Below are positions 36,215 to 50,309 of a DNA stretch of 64,000 nucleotides, piece by piece (the stretch's first letter is position 1; each line of letters begins with the position of its first letter). Both the position numbers and the translations under genes were made by a program. The DNA is from Podarcis filfolensis (lineage: Eukaryota), in assembly GCA_964270895.1 (NCBI GenBank), contig OZ185440.1; one strand, written 5' to 3'. The notes under the pieces are model-generated. The model made no database searches. It was not told the origin of the DNA and saw only the letters and a list, made by a program, of their open reading frames with translations.

Positions 36215-36389
36215 CTGAAAGGAAACAAACTATCTAGTTTAAAGACGATCGTAGATACAAGAACAAACACGGCTACAAAATAAACTCTAATACATTTGGG
36301 TTATATGGTACTTCAAAAGGCGAAAATGTAAATTTCAGGATGTATGACATTCCAGAATAATTTCTCAGGGAACACATTGGGCATACATT

Positions 36390-36886
36390 ATTGTATATTG
36401 GGTAATGAAATTAGTAAAAAAGATGTGAAATTAGTTTTGTATGCAGTTACAGCAGCCAGAATTTTGCTGGCGCAGAAGTGGAAACAGGAAGAAATGCCCA
36501 CGAGAGAAGAATGGAGAATGAAATTGATGGAATACGCAGAAATGGACAGACTAACGGGGAGAATCAGGAATCAAAGAGACCAGAAATTCACTGAGGACTG
36601 GAAGAAATTTACAGAGTATATCAAAACTGTTTGTGATGATCAATTGCTAATTGTTGGTTTTCAAGAAGCTCTGTGAAAAACATTGATAGAAATATTGCTT
36701 AAAAAATATGTTATGATTAAGATTGGTAAAATGCAATATAAAATTGAGAAATGTGAGATAAAGAGATAATACGGAGAATTGTCAGACATGCTGATGGAAG
36801 TCTAAAAGAATAATTGAGTGAGTATTGGATGGTTAATTTTGTATAAATTTATGCTGGAAAATTAATAAAAATATTAATAAAAAAAA
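36390..36886 (+). mobile_element. L1-clade LINE 3' fragment (ORF2 C-terminus, 3' UTR, poly(A))
   Basis: Open frame ...KLVLYAVTAARILLAQKWKQEEMPTREEWRMKLMEYAEMDRLT...DWKKF...* resembles non-mammalian L1 ORF2 ends; AATAAA and an A-rich tail at about 36864-36886. 5' boundary is approximate. Confidence 0.8.
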
Positions 36887-39675
36887 CAAAATAACTTTTT
36901 TATTGGGTTCATATCAAAATCTGACATATTCAAGAAGGATGTTGTGAGTTTTAGGGCTGGACTTCCAACTTAATTCTACAAAATGGTCCATGCTTGATTG
37001 AATTGGCAAAAGTCTATTTAACAAGTTAAATGTAGCCCTTGGGCATATTCAGATTTAACAATGTGAAACCCATTGACCTAAACATATCACCTGCAAAAAT
37101 ACCAAATTTAGACTTTTCCATTTGAAGGGCCTGGGTGTCTTTTTTCCAGTGTCCCGTCTGTTCCACCCTAAGAATTATGTCTGCTCTCCATTAGACACAG
37201 CAAAAACACTGCAGTCTGCTGCACAATGGATTTCAAGCAAATTATTACCATAATGGCAATTCCCTCAGTACTCACACAGGTAATATTAAGCCATTTTGCA
37301 ATATTTGCCTCTTAATTCCCTCATCTGTAGAGTTGTACAGTGTTTCACTAAGGCTGTGATCCTAAACACAGCTACTTGACAATAAATTCCATCAAGATTT
37401 GCTTCTGACAGGTGTGCAAACCAGTGACAAATCTGGTATAAGGTATTTGATTTCCAGTGATGAGCTGCCCTTTGCTAAACCTGCTAATACAAGTTAAGAT
37501 AACATAATGTGCAAGTAATGAGAGACTATTAAGAAGGTCACATTTCACATGGATAATTTGCTCATATTCGAGGAAAATGATAGCCTTCATTCTGATGGGA
37601 CTGATTTCAGGGAATCTAAATGCTTGCTTGAGCTTGGAACAAACCCATGTACCTTTTAACCCCATGCCACCTTGCAGGCACTTTACTATTTTTTGCCGCA
37701 ATGGCTTGGTACCCCTTTAACCAGATGCAGATTATTCAAAGATTTGGCTCTGCCTGGAAGTCAAACAAACAGGGTGCACCCTAAGCATTCTTGATTCCAT
37801 TCATCTTTCAGTGAAGTAGATTGTTAGGCAACTGGTACAGAGGCTGGGAGACTTAATAGAACATTAGAATGCAAAGGTCCTCTTTATAATACAATGTGTT
37901 CTTGTAGCAACCACCCACAGAGATGGATACAAGGTGGCAAGTGCTTAAAAGGTGTGCTGGTTTGTTGTGCGGTCTAAACAAGCTAGTGTTATATTGAATG
38001 TACACTGAGTTTCTCTTTCCATGTTCTTCCATGCACCATGGCAGAAATTCATTTGAGCCTTGCCCATGAAACACCCAATGCAAGTATGGTACATCTGTAC
38101 TAGAGAACAACAATTCATTAATCAAAAATGATTTCTAAAAACTATTTTGGAAGGCACACACAAAATTGGGTTTAGATTTAAATAAACGTTTCTATGGCAA
38201 TAGCTACTCTCTCAAAATAGAATTTTATTGCTCACTATGAAACACAGGAATGATTGCAGCTTTCTAAATTTAGACAGGGGACTAAGATAATCAATTCCAT
38301 TTTAGAATAATCCATATTTTTTCAGTGATGAAAAGATCTCTGCTTGTTCAGCCTTTGAATGCCTGAGCCTCTACTGAGAAGACTGGCTGAAAAGTCTTTA
38401 AATATATTTTAAATTCATTAATTATCTGCAATATGCAGCACCTTTAAAAAAAACCAAAACTGCTCCCCAAAGCACATAAATGAGATGCAGAACTGGTGAC
38501 GTTTGCCTTTGTACAGGGCAAAGCTGCAAAAATTGTTTGCTTCTGTTGCTACAACATCAAAGGAGGAATAGCAATCAGTATGTAGCCCGAGACACCTCTA
38601 TTCCCAATTAGTGATGACAGCAGTTCTAGAAATTGTGATGACAGCACAGAGCATAGCTAACAAGAGTCTGTGAGAAGCAAAGAAACTGGGAATATATAGA
38701 TGAAATACTGGGTTGGATTCCAAAATCCAGTCAGTGGAGTTGTGCTGATGTAAAAGGCACCACTGGTGTCTGTAATGCAAATGGAAAAGAGGCATTATAC
38801 TGACAATTCACCCTCTCCATTACAGCACCACCATCACCTCTTAAGCTGTGCTGGAGGGTCCACCAATCTTTCAAAGCAGATGGGTGTGTGTTCAAGGGGT
38901 GGTGTTGATAAAATCAGTGAGAAATAGCACCTAGCACCTTCCATTAGTTGATCCTCCACTGGATCAAACACCAGTCATGGAAGGAGTCCTGTGAATGAAA
39001 GGGCAGCTTTGGATCCATTCTGCTATATAACCCTTTCCTTCCCCCACTGTAGCCTACCATCTCATAATTTCCAAATGGATGAGAAGATTCAACAATCCCA
39101 AGCAGCAGAATACAAGTCAGTTTCTTTAAATCCATTTTTTTCCATTTTGCTATGCTAACTAATGTTGGATAATGGATACGTTTCACCTTAAGGCAATTAG
39201 CAACATCTCCTCATTTTTGGAACAGAAGATCAATAAATTCTAATACTTATAAGAGTTTCTCTTCTTCTAGCTTTACAGGCAACATATTTTATTTTCCTCT
39301 GGGAGCTCCCACAATAATTTCATCAGCCTACAAAAGGCACTGACCTACATTCTGCCTCTCCCGTTGCTAGGGCCTATATCAGGTTTCTTAACAGCTAACT
39401 CTTATTTCAGCTACCTTGATTTCTTTTTCTGGAATGTCTATTTGACATTGTTTAAAAAAAGAGAAACAAGCCAGCACTTACGAATTATTCCCAAGGAAGT
39501 TGGCCGCAAGCTAAGGAATATTCATAGTAAATCTTTGTTTCTATTATCAACACACCTATTTTCATCACTTTGGAAGAAATGCCATATCAGTATTATTTGG
39601 GGGTGGAGGTTATACCTTGGAGTAGATGGTGGGCGGTGCAAGTGTAATTTCTGTATGAAGAGGGATGCATGTAAA

Positions 39676-39915
39676 GAAAACCAGTGTGGCGTAGTATTTA
39701 ACAAGTGGGACTAGGAGCGAGGAGACCCAGATTCAAATCCTCTCTCAACCATGAAGTTCACTGGGTGCCTTTCGGACCAGCTGTTCTCCATAACATTCCT
39801 TAGAGGTTGATCAGGCTGGGAAAACAACGTAGAGTAGGAGGCGGGAAGAAGAAGAAAAGGCAGCATACTACACCTTGAGCTCTTTAGAGGAAGGGCAGCA
39901 TAAAAATGTAATTAA
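39676..39915 (+). mobile_element. Old tRNA-derived SINE (Squam3/MIR-like)
   Basis: ccagtgtggcgtagt head, gattcaaatcc box B-like motif, ccttgagctc...gaggaaggg tail; degenerate. Confidence 0.6.
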
Positions 39916-40944
39916 GTAAAATACTGTCCATCTACAGTAAAATGGGCTGGAAAAGAAGAAAGGAAAGAACTGGGAGCTCGCTTAAGAGTGTGCTCTTGAT
40001 TCTTTCATTTTAAGTTGGGTAACCTGATATCATGGTGATGTCATGCGACTGACAGGTGGATGGTGCCACCCACTTGTCAAAATAGCCACAGGGGTGGGGG
40101 GCCCTTCTGTCTCACTGGCCAAATCCTGTTCCCCACTGCTGATCTAGCTCTTCCTCCATCAGTGCTAACACACACCAATGTGATCTTTTAATGCATAATA
40201 GCAGTGAGCTGGCTCTGTCCCAACCATGAGTCACTCTAAACACAGGATGAAAGAAGCTTCACTTGGATGCCCGGAAAGGAAAAGAAAAGCTGCTGGAGGG
40301 AGCTGATGTTTTGAGCAGTTACTTACAGGATATCATAATTCGCTCGATGAACTCTACTCAGCTGATTTCAATGTCCTCTACAGCAGGTATCTTCGACCAT
40401 TTTAGACTCATGGTCCACTTTTAACCCAAACATAACATTTGGGAACTTATTTCTTTATATTTTACTATATATTTGCATGATAGTTGTACCGCTGTTGTGA
40501 CCCACCTTGGATCAGGCTATGGTCCACCAGCCAAAGACCATTTCAATCAGGACAGTGTACATTTTGCATTGACACCCCCCCAAAAAAAACCCCATGTGAA
40601 TACAGGTGTGTGGTGGTGTTGGAACCTGTAGCAGCAACACCAGAAGCCTTTATCTGCTCCAACTGCAGTAAAATATGTCTCTTCTATATCTGTCTCTACA
40701 ACCACAGCAGGTGCTGAAACTCTCCAAATGTTTGACTTTACCCGCAAAGGTGCACTCTTCCATAGTCTCCCAGGTAAGACGTATGCCAACAAAGATTGTC
40801 CCAATTTGCTTTACCAGCATTTTAATTGTTCCTGTATTTTCCTTTTATGCACACTGACCTGGGAAGAGAAGTCTTTTCTTATGGAAGGCCAATATAGAAA
40901 TTTGAAATAAATATTTTTTTTTAAAAATTGTCCTAACTAGCAGA

Positions 40945-41121
40945 AGTTAAGAGCTATGCAGAGTAATGACACCACAACACTCCCACCCAAGAAGTATGCT
41001 TATTACCCAGTCAAATTTGAAATCTGCGAGTGGCTCAAGGTCACCCAATGTGCTTCATAAACTTGAGTGAGGATTTGAACCCTGGTTTCCCAACACTCTA
41101 ACCACTATACCACATTGGCTC
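40945..41121 (-). mobile_element. Old tRNA-derived SINE
   Basis: Reverse complement of a SINE head: ggatttgaaccctggtttccc...ctctaaccactataccacattggctc. Confidence 0.6.
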
Positions 41122-41204
41122 CTAGGTCAGTGGCTAGCATCCCCTTCCTAGGTAAGGTGCCCAGGAAAGTTGTCACTAACAAGCTTGTTACTTTTGGATG
41201 AAAC

Positions 41205-42275
41205 TGATTTTCTTCAACCATCTCAGTTAAGGATTCAGGTTTGATTTTGGGAGAGAAACTGCCTTGATCACTCTAGGAAGGAGAAAGCAGGAATGAAACA
41301 CTGTTGATTTCCTTGGACCTCCAAGTGGCTTTTGATGCATTGGCCACAGTACCTTTCTGGGAAGGCTATTTAAGTTGAGCATTGGAAGCACCACTTAGTG
41401 GCAGGTCCCATTCCTATTTGGATAACTGATGCCAGAGGGTAGTGCTAGAGGAGCATTTATTGACCCCTTGGCAGGTTTACTTTGGTGTCCTGCAGGATTC
41501 TGTTCTCTACTCCTTGCTGTTCAACACCTACACAAACTGCTGAGAGAGGTTATCCAGAGATTTGCAAATGACACCCAGCTTTCTCAAATTCAGGTGCAGC
41601 TGCTGGTGTCCTAAACCAGTGCCTGGGCATGGTAATGGACTGTATGAAGGCAAATGAACTGAAACTCAGTCCAGACACAATTGAGATAATGTTGGTGGGT
41701 GATTCATCACCTGGGTGAATGGCTTTTAGACCTATTCTGAAGGGGGCTGTACTGCGCGCTAAAGAATATCAGATACACAGTTTATAGGTGCTCATTCATC
41801 CAGCACTGCCATTAGAGTCCTGAGTGGCCTCTGTTGCCTGGAATATCTTTTATCAGCTATTACCATATGTAAATTGAGATAACGTAGCTACAATTAACCA
41901 TACATTGACAACCCATCTATATTGCAGTGAGTTGTACAAATGGCTGCTTCTGTTGTATACAAGGGGCTGCTTTTGAAAATAATTTGGAAACTGCACTTGA
42001 TCCAAAATAGGCCTGTATGATTGTTAACTGGACAATTAGATCATATTATGCTAGTGCTTCATTAGCAGCCCCAATTGCCAAGTCTGTCCAGACACAGTTT
42101 AAAGTGTTGGGCAACTGAAACCTCAAGATCGGCTCCAGGTGGCTGTGAAGGAATGGGCCTTCTTAGTGCTAAGATTCCTGTTCTATAACACCCTTCCCAC
42201 AGAAGCTCATCTGGCACCTTCTTTAAGTGCATGCAGGTGAAGACTTTTCTCCCAGGGTTTAAAATCCAATTTTAA
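41205..42275 (+). mobile_element. Degenerate L2 LINE fragment (reverse transcriptase to 3' end)
   Basis: Decayed RT motifs: ttgatttccttggacc...gcttttgat (LxxLDLSxAFD), ggtgtcctgcaggattctgttctc (GVPQGSVL), gatgacacccag-like (ADDTQL); many stops and frameshifts. Confidence 0.75.
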
Positions 42276-45200
42276 AGTATTAAACTAAAAATATACAGCA
42301 CATAAACAGTGGTTAACTGTTTCCATTATCCTCTCTGTTGGAAAATGTTTATGCTGCAGACTGTTGATTTTAATACTTTGTCTTTGTAGTATTTTATCAT
42401 TTGCATTGTGAGCTAAGGAAAAAGTGATTTTGGGTAATGTTATATAATCATAGGAATAAATGCTCTCTGAAGAAACACTCTGAACAAACATTGCATAGTG
42501 TGGAAACATTATAGACCACAGCTGAAAAATCATGCCACCAGCATATTAAGATAGCAAGTGAACAATTTTGGCAGAAGAGAGCAGATAAAATTCTTAAATC
42601 ATATGCCATTAACCTTCATGGGCTTGCTTCTTCGTTCTGGACTAAGTGTTTAAACTCTGCTCAATAAGGAACCCAAAGAATGACTACGCTAGGACAATTT
42701 TCTCCTTGGGAAGGAGTGTCACAATTAATAAGAAATTATTTCGACATTCAAGCTACCAAGCCATCACCTGGAACACAGTTATTCAAAGAACAAACACAAA
42801 ATTTTATTTTTCTAATATTGGAAGCCCTTTTGCATCCACCCTATTAATTTACAGCAGGTTTACAATCTGCAAGCTGTTCTGAAGACTGTGGTTCTCACTT
42901 GGAATCCTAGTTTAAGTTAGCATTTCACATGAAACAGCAGAAGCGGATGTTGCAAATACCAAAGGAGCTGACTCAGCATTGCCTTTGTTAAATTAAATGC
43001 AAAGTTTCCCTTCCTTGCCACAGTTTGAGTGATCACCCATTATATGCCCTGTACAAAACCAAGGAGTGTAATTGTATCCGATGTGGCTTTTGCTCATGAA
43101 AAACTATCAAGGGTGAAGAATTTTGTATCAAGGCCAGAGCTTCCTTTCCCTAATCTCCAGAAAGAAAAACTACAGACAGATGGGTCCAGTCAACAGCAGG
43201 AAAGCACGAGTCAGTTTCTAGGAAACCACATTAAATTTAATTAGCCATTGCTTCCCTATAATTGGGGAGAAAGTAGAGAAGTTTTAGATCCCTGCATTCC
43301 ATATACTCTCAGTTGATAGATATTACAATTTATAGAGAGATCAGCAAGGGAACTTTTTCCTCTGCAAGAAAAAAAAATACTGACTTTTGCATTCTTTAAG
43401 AAATCAGCATTAACAGTTTTCATTGGGAGTTATGATGAAATTTCCTTTTGCTACGATTTTGATCTTTATTGTGGTGCTCATGTTTTGGTGGGGAGGGGCA
43501 GAATTTGTTATTTTTAAAGTATTGTTGGATGAGCACTTTTAGGAACTTTATTATTCTCTTGGTTATTTATTTCTGATTTTAGCTTTTTTCATTTTATGTA
43601 GTTGCTGATTTGCTTTACGGCATCTTTTTGTATAAAGCAACTAATACAATAAATAATAATTATCCTTGCTTCAGAGATGCAGAAAGAAACCTTCTAATAC
43701 TATAGAATGTTTTGAAACAGTCATAGACCAGCATTGTTTTGCAGTAAATGCCCCCTACTCCATTCCCAATGACACAAAGATACTGAAAGCTTTGTAAGTT
43801 GAGCAATCTCCAGCAAAAATTTACGGTACTATGTGAGCCAGACATATTAGAAATGTGCAGTTTAAAGCAACACATATCTGGGTAGGAAATATGAATGGCA
43901 GATTCTGACTGCAGAGACACATTTTTCCACTACCCAGCACTATTCTAAGCATTCTACACTGGACAACAGAACATGAAAGGGAGGTATTTTTTTGAGTGTT
44001 TTATTTGTGCCCCAGGAAAAGTTTTCATATATTTTTTAAATAACAAGGTTTAATGTACAATCCAAGTTTCAACTAACAAAAGACAAGCATCAGATAAAAG
44101 CCTTTCCCAAGCATACCTAAGACTATGACTATATCCCAAATGGCAACAAGCCAAATCTTTTTACAGCCCAATTTCTCCTTTACATGTGACTAGTACAAAA
44201 CATTTCCCTAGATTCAAAACATTAAGACTCTCTGCTTCAAAGTTTCAGACAGGAGAATCTTACAGACGTTCAGCCAAGTAATTAGAAATGCTTTACATAT
44301 GTGCCTATGGAAGATGCTCAAACATGTTTAGTGCACCCCCAATCAAAGCAACAAACTCCTCATTTGCACACTGCACAAGCCTGAGCTACAGCTGTTTTTG
44401 AAGATATAACACTAAACAGCAAAAGGCTGGCAGTAAGCAAACGCTAACAAATGTTTCTACTGCCTCAGTCAATTTAGGGGATCCAGCTAAGTAGGAAATT
44501 AGACTGAAAGGTCATTTCCTCAATGTGACATTCCTGAGACTATTATGTGTCTACTTTTTTCATTCCAATGGTCGAGTCAGATCCTCCCCCCTTCCTTTTC
44601 TGGTAATGGGCTTTCATCCTGCCATTATGAATTTGGAGTCTGTTCCTTGAGTTACTAATTTTTTAGACTTTCATAAAGAGCAAGTAGCTTCTAAGAAGTT
44701 TTGCCACCACCGCCATTTAACCTTCAACATAAAAGGAGCTTTTAAATCCAGAGTGAATCAAGCAATACCACTGCCTCAAACATTCTCAAACATTAAGTCA
44801 GAAAGGCTAAACTAGTGCCTACAGTTATTCACAAATCTTGTTTACAGAGGCATATACATAGCAAAAAAGAACAAAGCATTGCAGTTAACTTCAGAATGAA
44901 CAAAGAACTTGCTGCAAACCATTTTGAAAGCCAACACGACCTGTTTCTTCACGTGTAAACGTTAAAATTTTTGAGAGTAGCTCCCTCTTTTCTCATTTAG
45001 TTAAGAAAACTCAGACAAAACAGGTTTATTTTCAGTATTCATAGAATCACAGAATTGCAGTATTGCAAGGGACCCAAAGGGAGCTCAACAGCTTTCAGAA
45101 TGCTAGTCTGGTGATTTATTTATCCTCCACCACTGTAGCTTTCCTTTTGGTACTATAAACTATCAAGACATCTATCTAAATGTCTGTGCATTTCCACACA

Positions 45201-45426
45201 AAGCTATCAAACCTTGCTCTTGTACTCCAAAATAAAACACAAAAGAAGGTTTTTTCTTAACCTGAACATACAGGCACACAACACAAAGCAAAACGAAAAG
45301 AGGCAATGTATAGGATAGGTCTGCCTCAAGACTCAGCTTGATACATGGATAGTTAAGAAACTCTGAACATAGCACCACAAAGCTGTAGCGATTGAAAATG
45401 TAGGCTCACCTAAACTTGGAACTTAC

Positions 45427-45448
45427 CAGTGTCACTCGGGATGAGAAA
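45427..45448 (-). other. DLGAP4: Candidate 22-nt DLGAP4 microexon (FLIPSDT+G)
   Basis: GGCTGAGGTTTTCTGTTGCTTTCTTGCTAG|TTTCTCATCCCGAGTGACACTG|GTAAGT; consensus donor, strong acceptor, phase 0 to 1. Confidence 0.5.
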
Positions 45449-46061
45449 CTAGCAAGAAAGCAACAGAAAACCTCAGCCCTATAAACAGCTACATTGCTAT
45501 CTCCAAGGAGACCATAAGCAACATAATAATGAGACTACAGTGACCAACAGCTGTGATGTATCCTTTATTTTCTTTCTAAAAAGAAGAAGAAGAAAGGAGA
45601 TGGCTATTTGCTTCTTGCCAGTGACTTCCCTTCCTCTTCCCACCCCACTGAAATTATCTTGCCGTCACCTAGCTACAGAAATAAATGTAGACACCACCAC
45701 CCCAAAATCAGAAATAGCAATTGTACTTCATCCAGCACCTTCCACAAAGAAAAGTACATGAATGTTTCTTTTGAAACAAGTTATCACACTTAGCTATACA
45801 TAGGAGCAGAGTGGTTCATTTCCAAATGGCTTTACTTAATATCATATCAACCATTTTAAAGATTTGTTGCCAAATGCTTTTTCAGCCAGGCAACAGCATA
45901 TCACAATGGTTTGCAAGCCATGGCTCTTATGCCAAGAGCTGTTCCTCCAAGGCAATAGATAAGGAGAAAGCAGACAGACATTACCTACTATGTGCTCATC
46001 ATACCTTCCCCTCCACCCATTTAAGTGCTGCCTTATGTTCTGTGTGACCCAACACTATCTA

Positions 46062-46182
46062 AATGTGGTTTCACTAACCTGGTGCCTGCCATATGCTTTG
46101 AACTACAACTCTTACAGCACAGCTGGGCTGATAAGAGTTGTAGTCCAAAACACATGGAGGGCACCAGGTTGGCAAAGACTGA
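46062..46182. mobile_element. Palindromic MITE-like repeat
   Basis: ctaacctggtgcc...tttgaactacaactct / agagttgtagtccaaaa...gggcaccaggttggc are reverse-complementary arms. Confidence 0.7.
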
Positions 46183-49100
46183 TCTGAATGCTAACAGATG
46201 TTTCTTGGCATTAAGATACAAAATGTTGTGCAGGAATCAAACTCTGAGCCTGGTCATACCATGGCACAGTAGTCAGAGCCCAAACATTCCGTTTCTGGCA
46301 CAATTCATAGATCACTTGAAGATTCTATTAATAGTTTAGACAAGAATGTTATATGCAAGTTATGCTTGCAGAGAACCAACATCCCAAATAACTTGACTTT
46401 TAAACATTCAGTACAAAAAGCTTCTGGGAAATACCAATTGCTTCCATACAGGAATCTCTCTGTTTATGGATATAATGGGGGGGGGGATGGTTAGAGGCAC
46501 TAAAATATTGCCAGTTTTCACAACGGTTAAGAATGGCGCTTATTAAATGCAAATGAGAGATACTTCTTATGGAGACACCCTTAAATACTGTATACAAATC
46601 TAAACAGTTACTGACTGGATCATTCCTTTTTCCAAAATACTACTTTTCAGTACATGTGTACTTAATAAATATAAGGAAGTGAACAGGAGATGGGTGCAGT
46701 AGAGAGATACATCTTGTTAACTAAAACCTGTATCTCCAGGAAAGTTTGAAAGATGCATTAGGAAAAACATACATCAAATTTGTTTTAATGGGCATGTAAC
46801 TGCACATTACAGACATGCACTTTGAACAGTTTTCTAGACTCTTCCCTGTAGTCACCTAAAGAATTAAACACAGAGGAATGTAACATGATAAAGTCACTAA
46901 GCAGCTTGTGAAAAGCGATTGAAAGACAAAATACTGCCAAGCATACTTTTGGAAACACAGGATATTTGGAATTCAAAAGACAAGAGGAAATATGTCGTTT
47001 TAGGGCTGGTGGAATGAGCACCATTTCACTTGGGCTTTCCAATTCTTGCGGGTTTCAGAATGACATAAAACTGCTGAAATCCCTTGAAGTGTCTTTGTTC
47101 CCAGCTACAACTATATGCTATCTCTTGGCCAACCAAATGGTTGGTACATTCCAAGAAATACAAACTGGGTTCCAGATGGCTGTTGCTTAGCAGCAGCCCA
47201 CATGCTTAGTTGCTCAGGGAACAGGTTCCTTGCATTCTCATTAGACAGCTGCCTACTGAAACTGCTACGTAGTGCTGTCTGGGAAGATTTCTCATACTCA
47301 GCTACAAGCTGAGACAAGGATTTCAGTTAGAGCTACAGAATATGAATACAGCAAGTTAAAAAAAGGGCTCCAAAGCAATCATCTGACCTCAAAATGGTTT
47401 TAAAGCTTGGACATGCATCTTATTTCATCTTACAAAGCAAAATGGAACAATGTTGCCACCAACATCTATTAAACACTCCAGAGTGTGGAAAGTGTGTGAT
47501 AGAATTTGCCTGTAACAACGCATTATTCATCCAAACAAAAAACCAAAATAGCAACATGTTTGCCTGGAGCTATAAGCACTGATGATCAAAATGTTTTCAA
47601 AATATGGGAGCATCACCATGAGGAGACTCGGAAGACAAAGTGCTCCTAGGATTATTTGGCATCAAGATTTGCTAGCTTGCATCATATATGATATTTACAA
47701 TTTTCAGTGCAACACAACTGTGAAATGTTTGATATCCAATGAAGGACAACAGTGTTGAAAACAACTTTTTTTTCATTCCATTCCAGACTGATCCTCTAAT
47801 GCATGCGGATGCAGGATGAAAGATAGACAACATTATTTGACTAGAGCCTCCTTCATAGAGGTGGTAACATATATGCTTTCTGAGCACAAAAGGGCAACAG
47901 CATAGAGTACTGGACACAGTTCATAGACTACTTAAACACCAGACAGGACTGATTCAGTGTATTACTCACCCATAGTATTACTTGGTTAAATCAAAAACCC
48001 TAGAATTCCTTTTATTTTCTGTCATACATATGAGATACAGGGTTAATACCTTTAAAATTATCTTAACAATTTTTTCCATAATGGGTCTTTAAACCAAGTT
48101 ACTCAGTATTTGTTCAAAAACGTTTATTTGCATAAAATACCCTCCGTTCATCAACAGCAGCATCTGAGTTTTTCGCATTGGTGTCCAATGAAGCACCCCA
48201 TACTTAGAATTACGTGTCAAGTTTCCATGTCCCATTACACTACTGAGGATAACACAACTGAATACTAGGAAACCAGGTTTACAGATTTAAGACGCACAGC
48301 GAGAAGAGAAAGGAAAACACTGCAATTTGATCTTGGATGCCTTCATGCAGTTTCCTTACCAACTAAAGTTCTCATGAAAGTTAACTTTAGGCGACAACGC
48401 TACCCACAGTTACATGGGAGTAAGCCTCATTGAATTTAAATAGGAGTTACCTCCAGGTATATAATGCATTAGATTGTAGATGTAATCAATAAGAAGAACT
48501 CCAAAAGTGCTTAGTAGTCTTCTGCTTTTAGAGCAAATATTGAAAAATTAATATTGCTGCTTGGTGCATTCAGTGGGTTTCTGTCCAGCCTTCAGTACAA
48601 TCATTGTTCCCTTTCTCCAACAACCTAGTGTATGCCCACTGCATGTTTAGAGGTGCATGTCTCCCCTCTACATTTTACATACTGACCACAGCAAATGCTG
48701 GTGGACACACAATGTCCATTACAGAAGCGTAAAACTAATGGAAACAAGTTATTTGGAACTACACTGGATACAACCCAAAGTTTCCAAATATAGAAAAAGT
48801 GTAGAGATAGTCTATGCCTAGCCTGAAAATGATAGTATTATTTCTAATGGACAGTGCTTACGACTAAGCGCCAGTCAAGTGCCCAATGGATTTAGAGTCT
48901 GAAATTGCAGAAAGAGGTATGTCTTACCTTTTAAGCATCAAGCAATAGGAAAAAACTGTACACTTACTTGCGATGCAACTAATCCTACTATCACACTGAA
49001 TGACATCCAGCAGATTTTCAAAATATATTCAACTGGAAGTAATACTTATGAGAGTTCTTCATGCAAGAGAAACACATCAAAGAGCTTTGCCAGAGAAATA

Positions 49101-50309
49101 GCATTGCAAGGTCCTTGAGAATGAAAATGAAACCCATTTGTCCGCTATTTTTACGTAGCATTTGTTCATTTTGAGAATGCAAACAAATTAAAAATACAAT
49201 CTCATCCAAGGGAATACACGTTAGAATTGAAGAGTCTTGAACTATGGATTCTTTCATAGTGTGGGAAGGCAGAGGTTGGCATGATTCATGTAAAGGGCTT
49301 TTTAATCAGTTCCCACTCTGGATGGTTTTTAGAAACAGCATTCTTTTAAAAATAAAAAGAATAAGCAGGAGTTTCTTCATGTTATTATTAGGGAAGCCCA
49401 TCAAAAGCGATTTCCTTTTGTTTGGGGCTTGCTTCCTGACTCACCTCTGATCCTTGTATGTGAGAAGTGCTAAGAGGTTGGGAACCCCAGATTAGATCAA
49501 GACCACATGGTGCAGGCTTTTTAAAAACCCTTCTCTCCTGTGCCATTTTCCTTATCTAACTTGCTCTCCCTCTGGAAGCAAAGGCACATGTTCCTCGCCC
49601 CACCCCAGGCAAATACTAGCATGGGAGCGGGCACCTTGCCAGTACTACAGCCTCAATCCAATGGGGATGGGGGCATCCCCATGGCTGCATTTTAACTCAA
49701 ATCACAGGAGAAGTTGTTGATAAATGGCAACTATACTATCTCTTAATTTTCCTAGTATGTGGATACTGTTTGTTATTGTAACTCCTTTTTTTCTATTTAT
49801 AATTTGTGTTTAGAAAATACAATAAATGTGTTTGTGGAGGGAAGCACAGAGGAAGTCTGATCGTGGATCTCCCACTGCCTTGTGTAGTTTGGTCTTTGCA
49901 ACGCTTTTTCATCTTATTGAAAATGATATGAACCAATATTATTTAATAATCTTTTGAACATATGACCACGTCACACAATTTGGAATGTGGAGTTTTCCAT
50001 GTTAGACTGGAATAACAGGAATGTAAAGTGATGACAGCATCAAAGTAAAATTGCTCTAAGCTCCTATATATGCATGCGCCCCAACTATGCTAGATTGTTT
50101 TTGAAGTTGGTTCCCAGCCAAAATGTGGCAAATTCGAGTTCAAACTAGCTGAGAGGGGGGAAACAGAGTGGTGTGATGTATGCATCACTTTGCTAAGGCA
50201 CAATACCTGTTATTCTTAAGGAGGAGGTAAAGTAACACCCTGGACCCAGGGTATTTGACAGCTACTGTCTGGTTGCCGATACACCCTTTTGGGAGATAGT
50301 GACTGAGAG

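Noticed and set aside
47969-47990. Possible 11-nt microexon (AAG|TAATACTATGG|GTGAGT) and other isolated GTAAGT/GTGAGT donors at about 34790, 35480 and 48960
   Set aside because: Acceptors are weak or absent; consistent with random donor-like hexamers.
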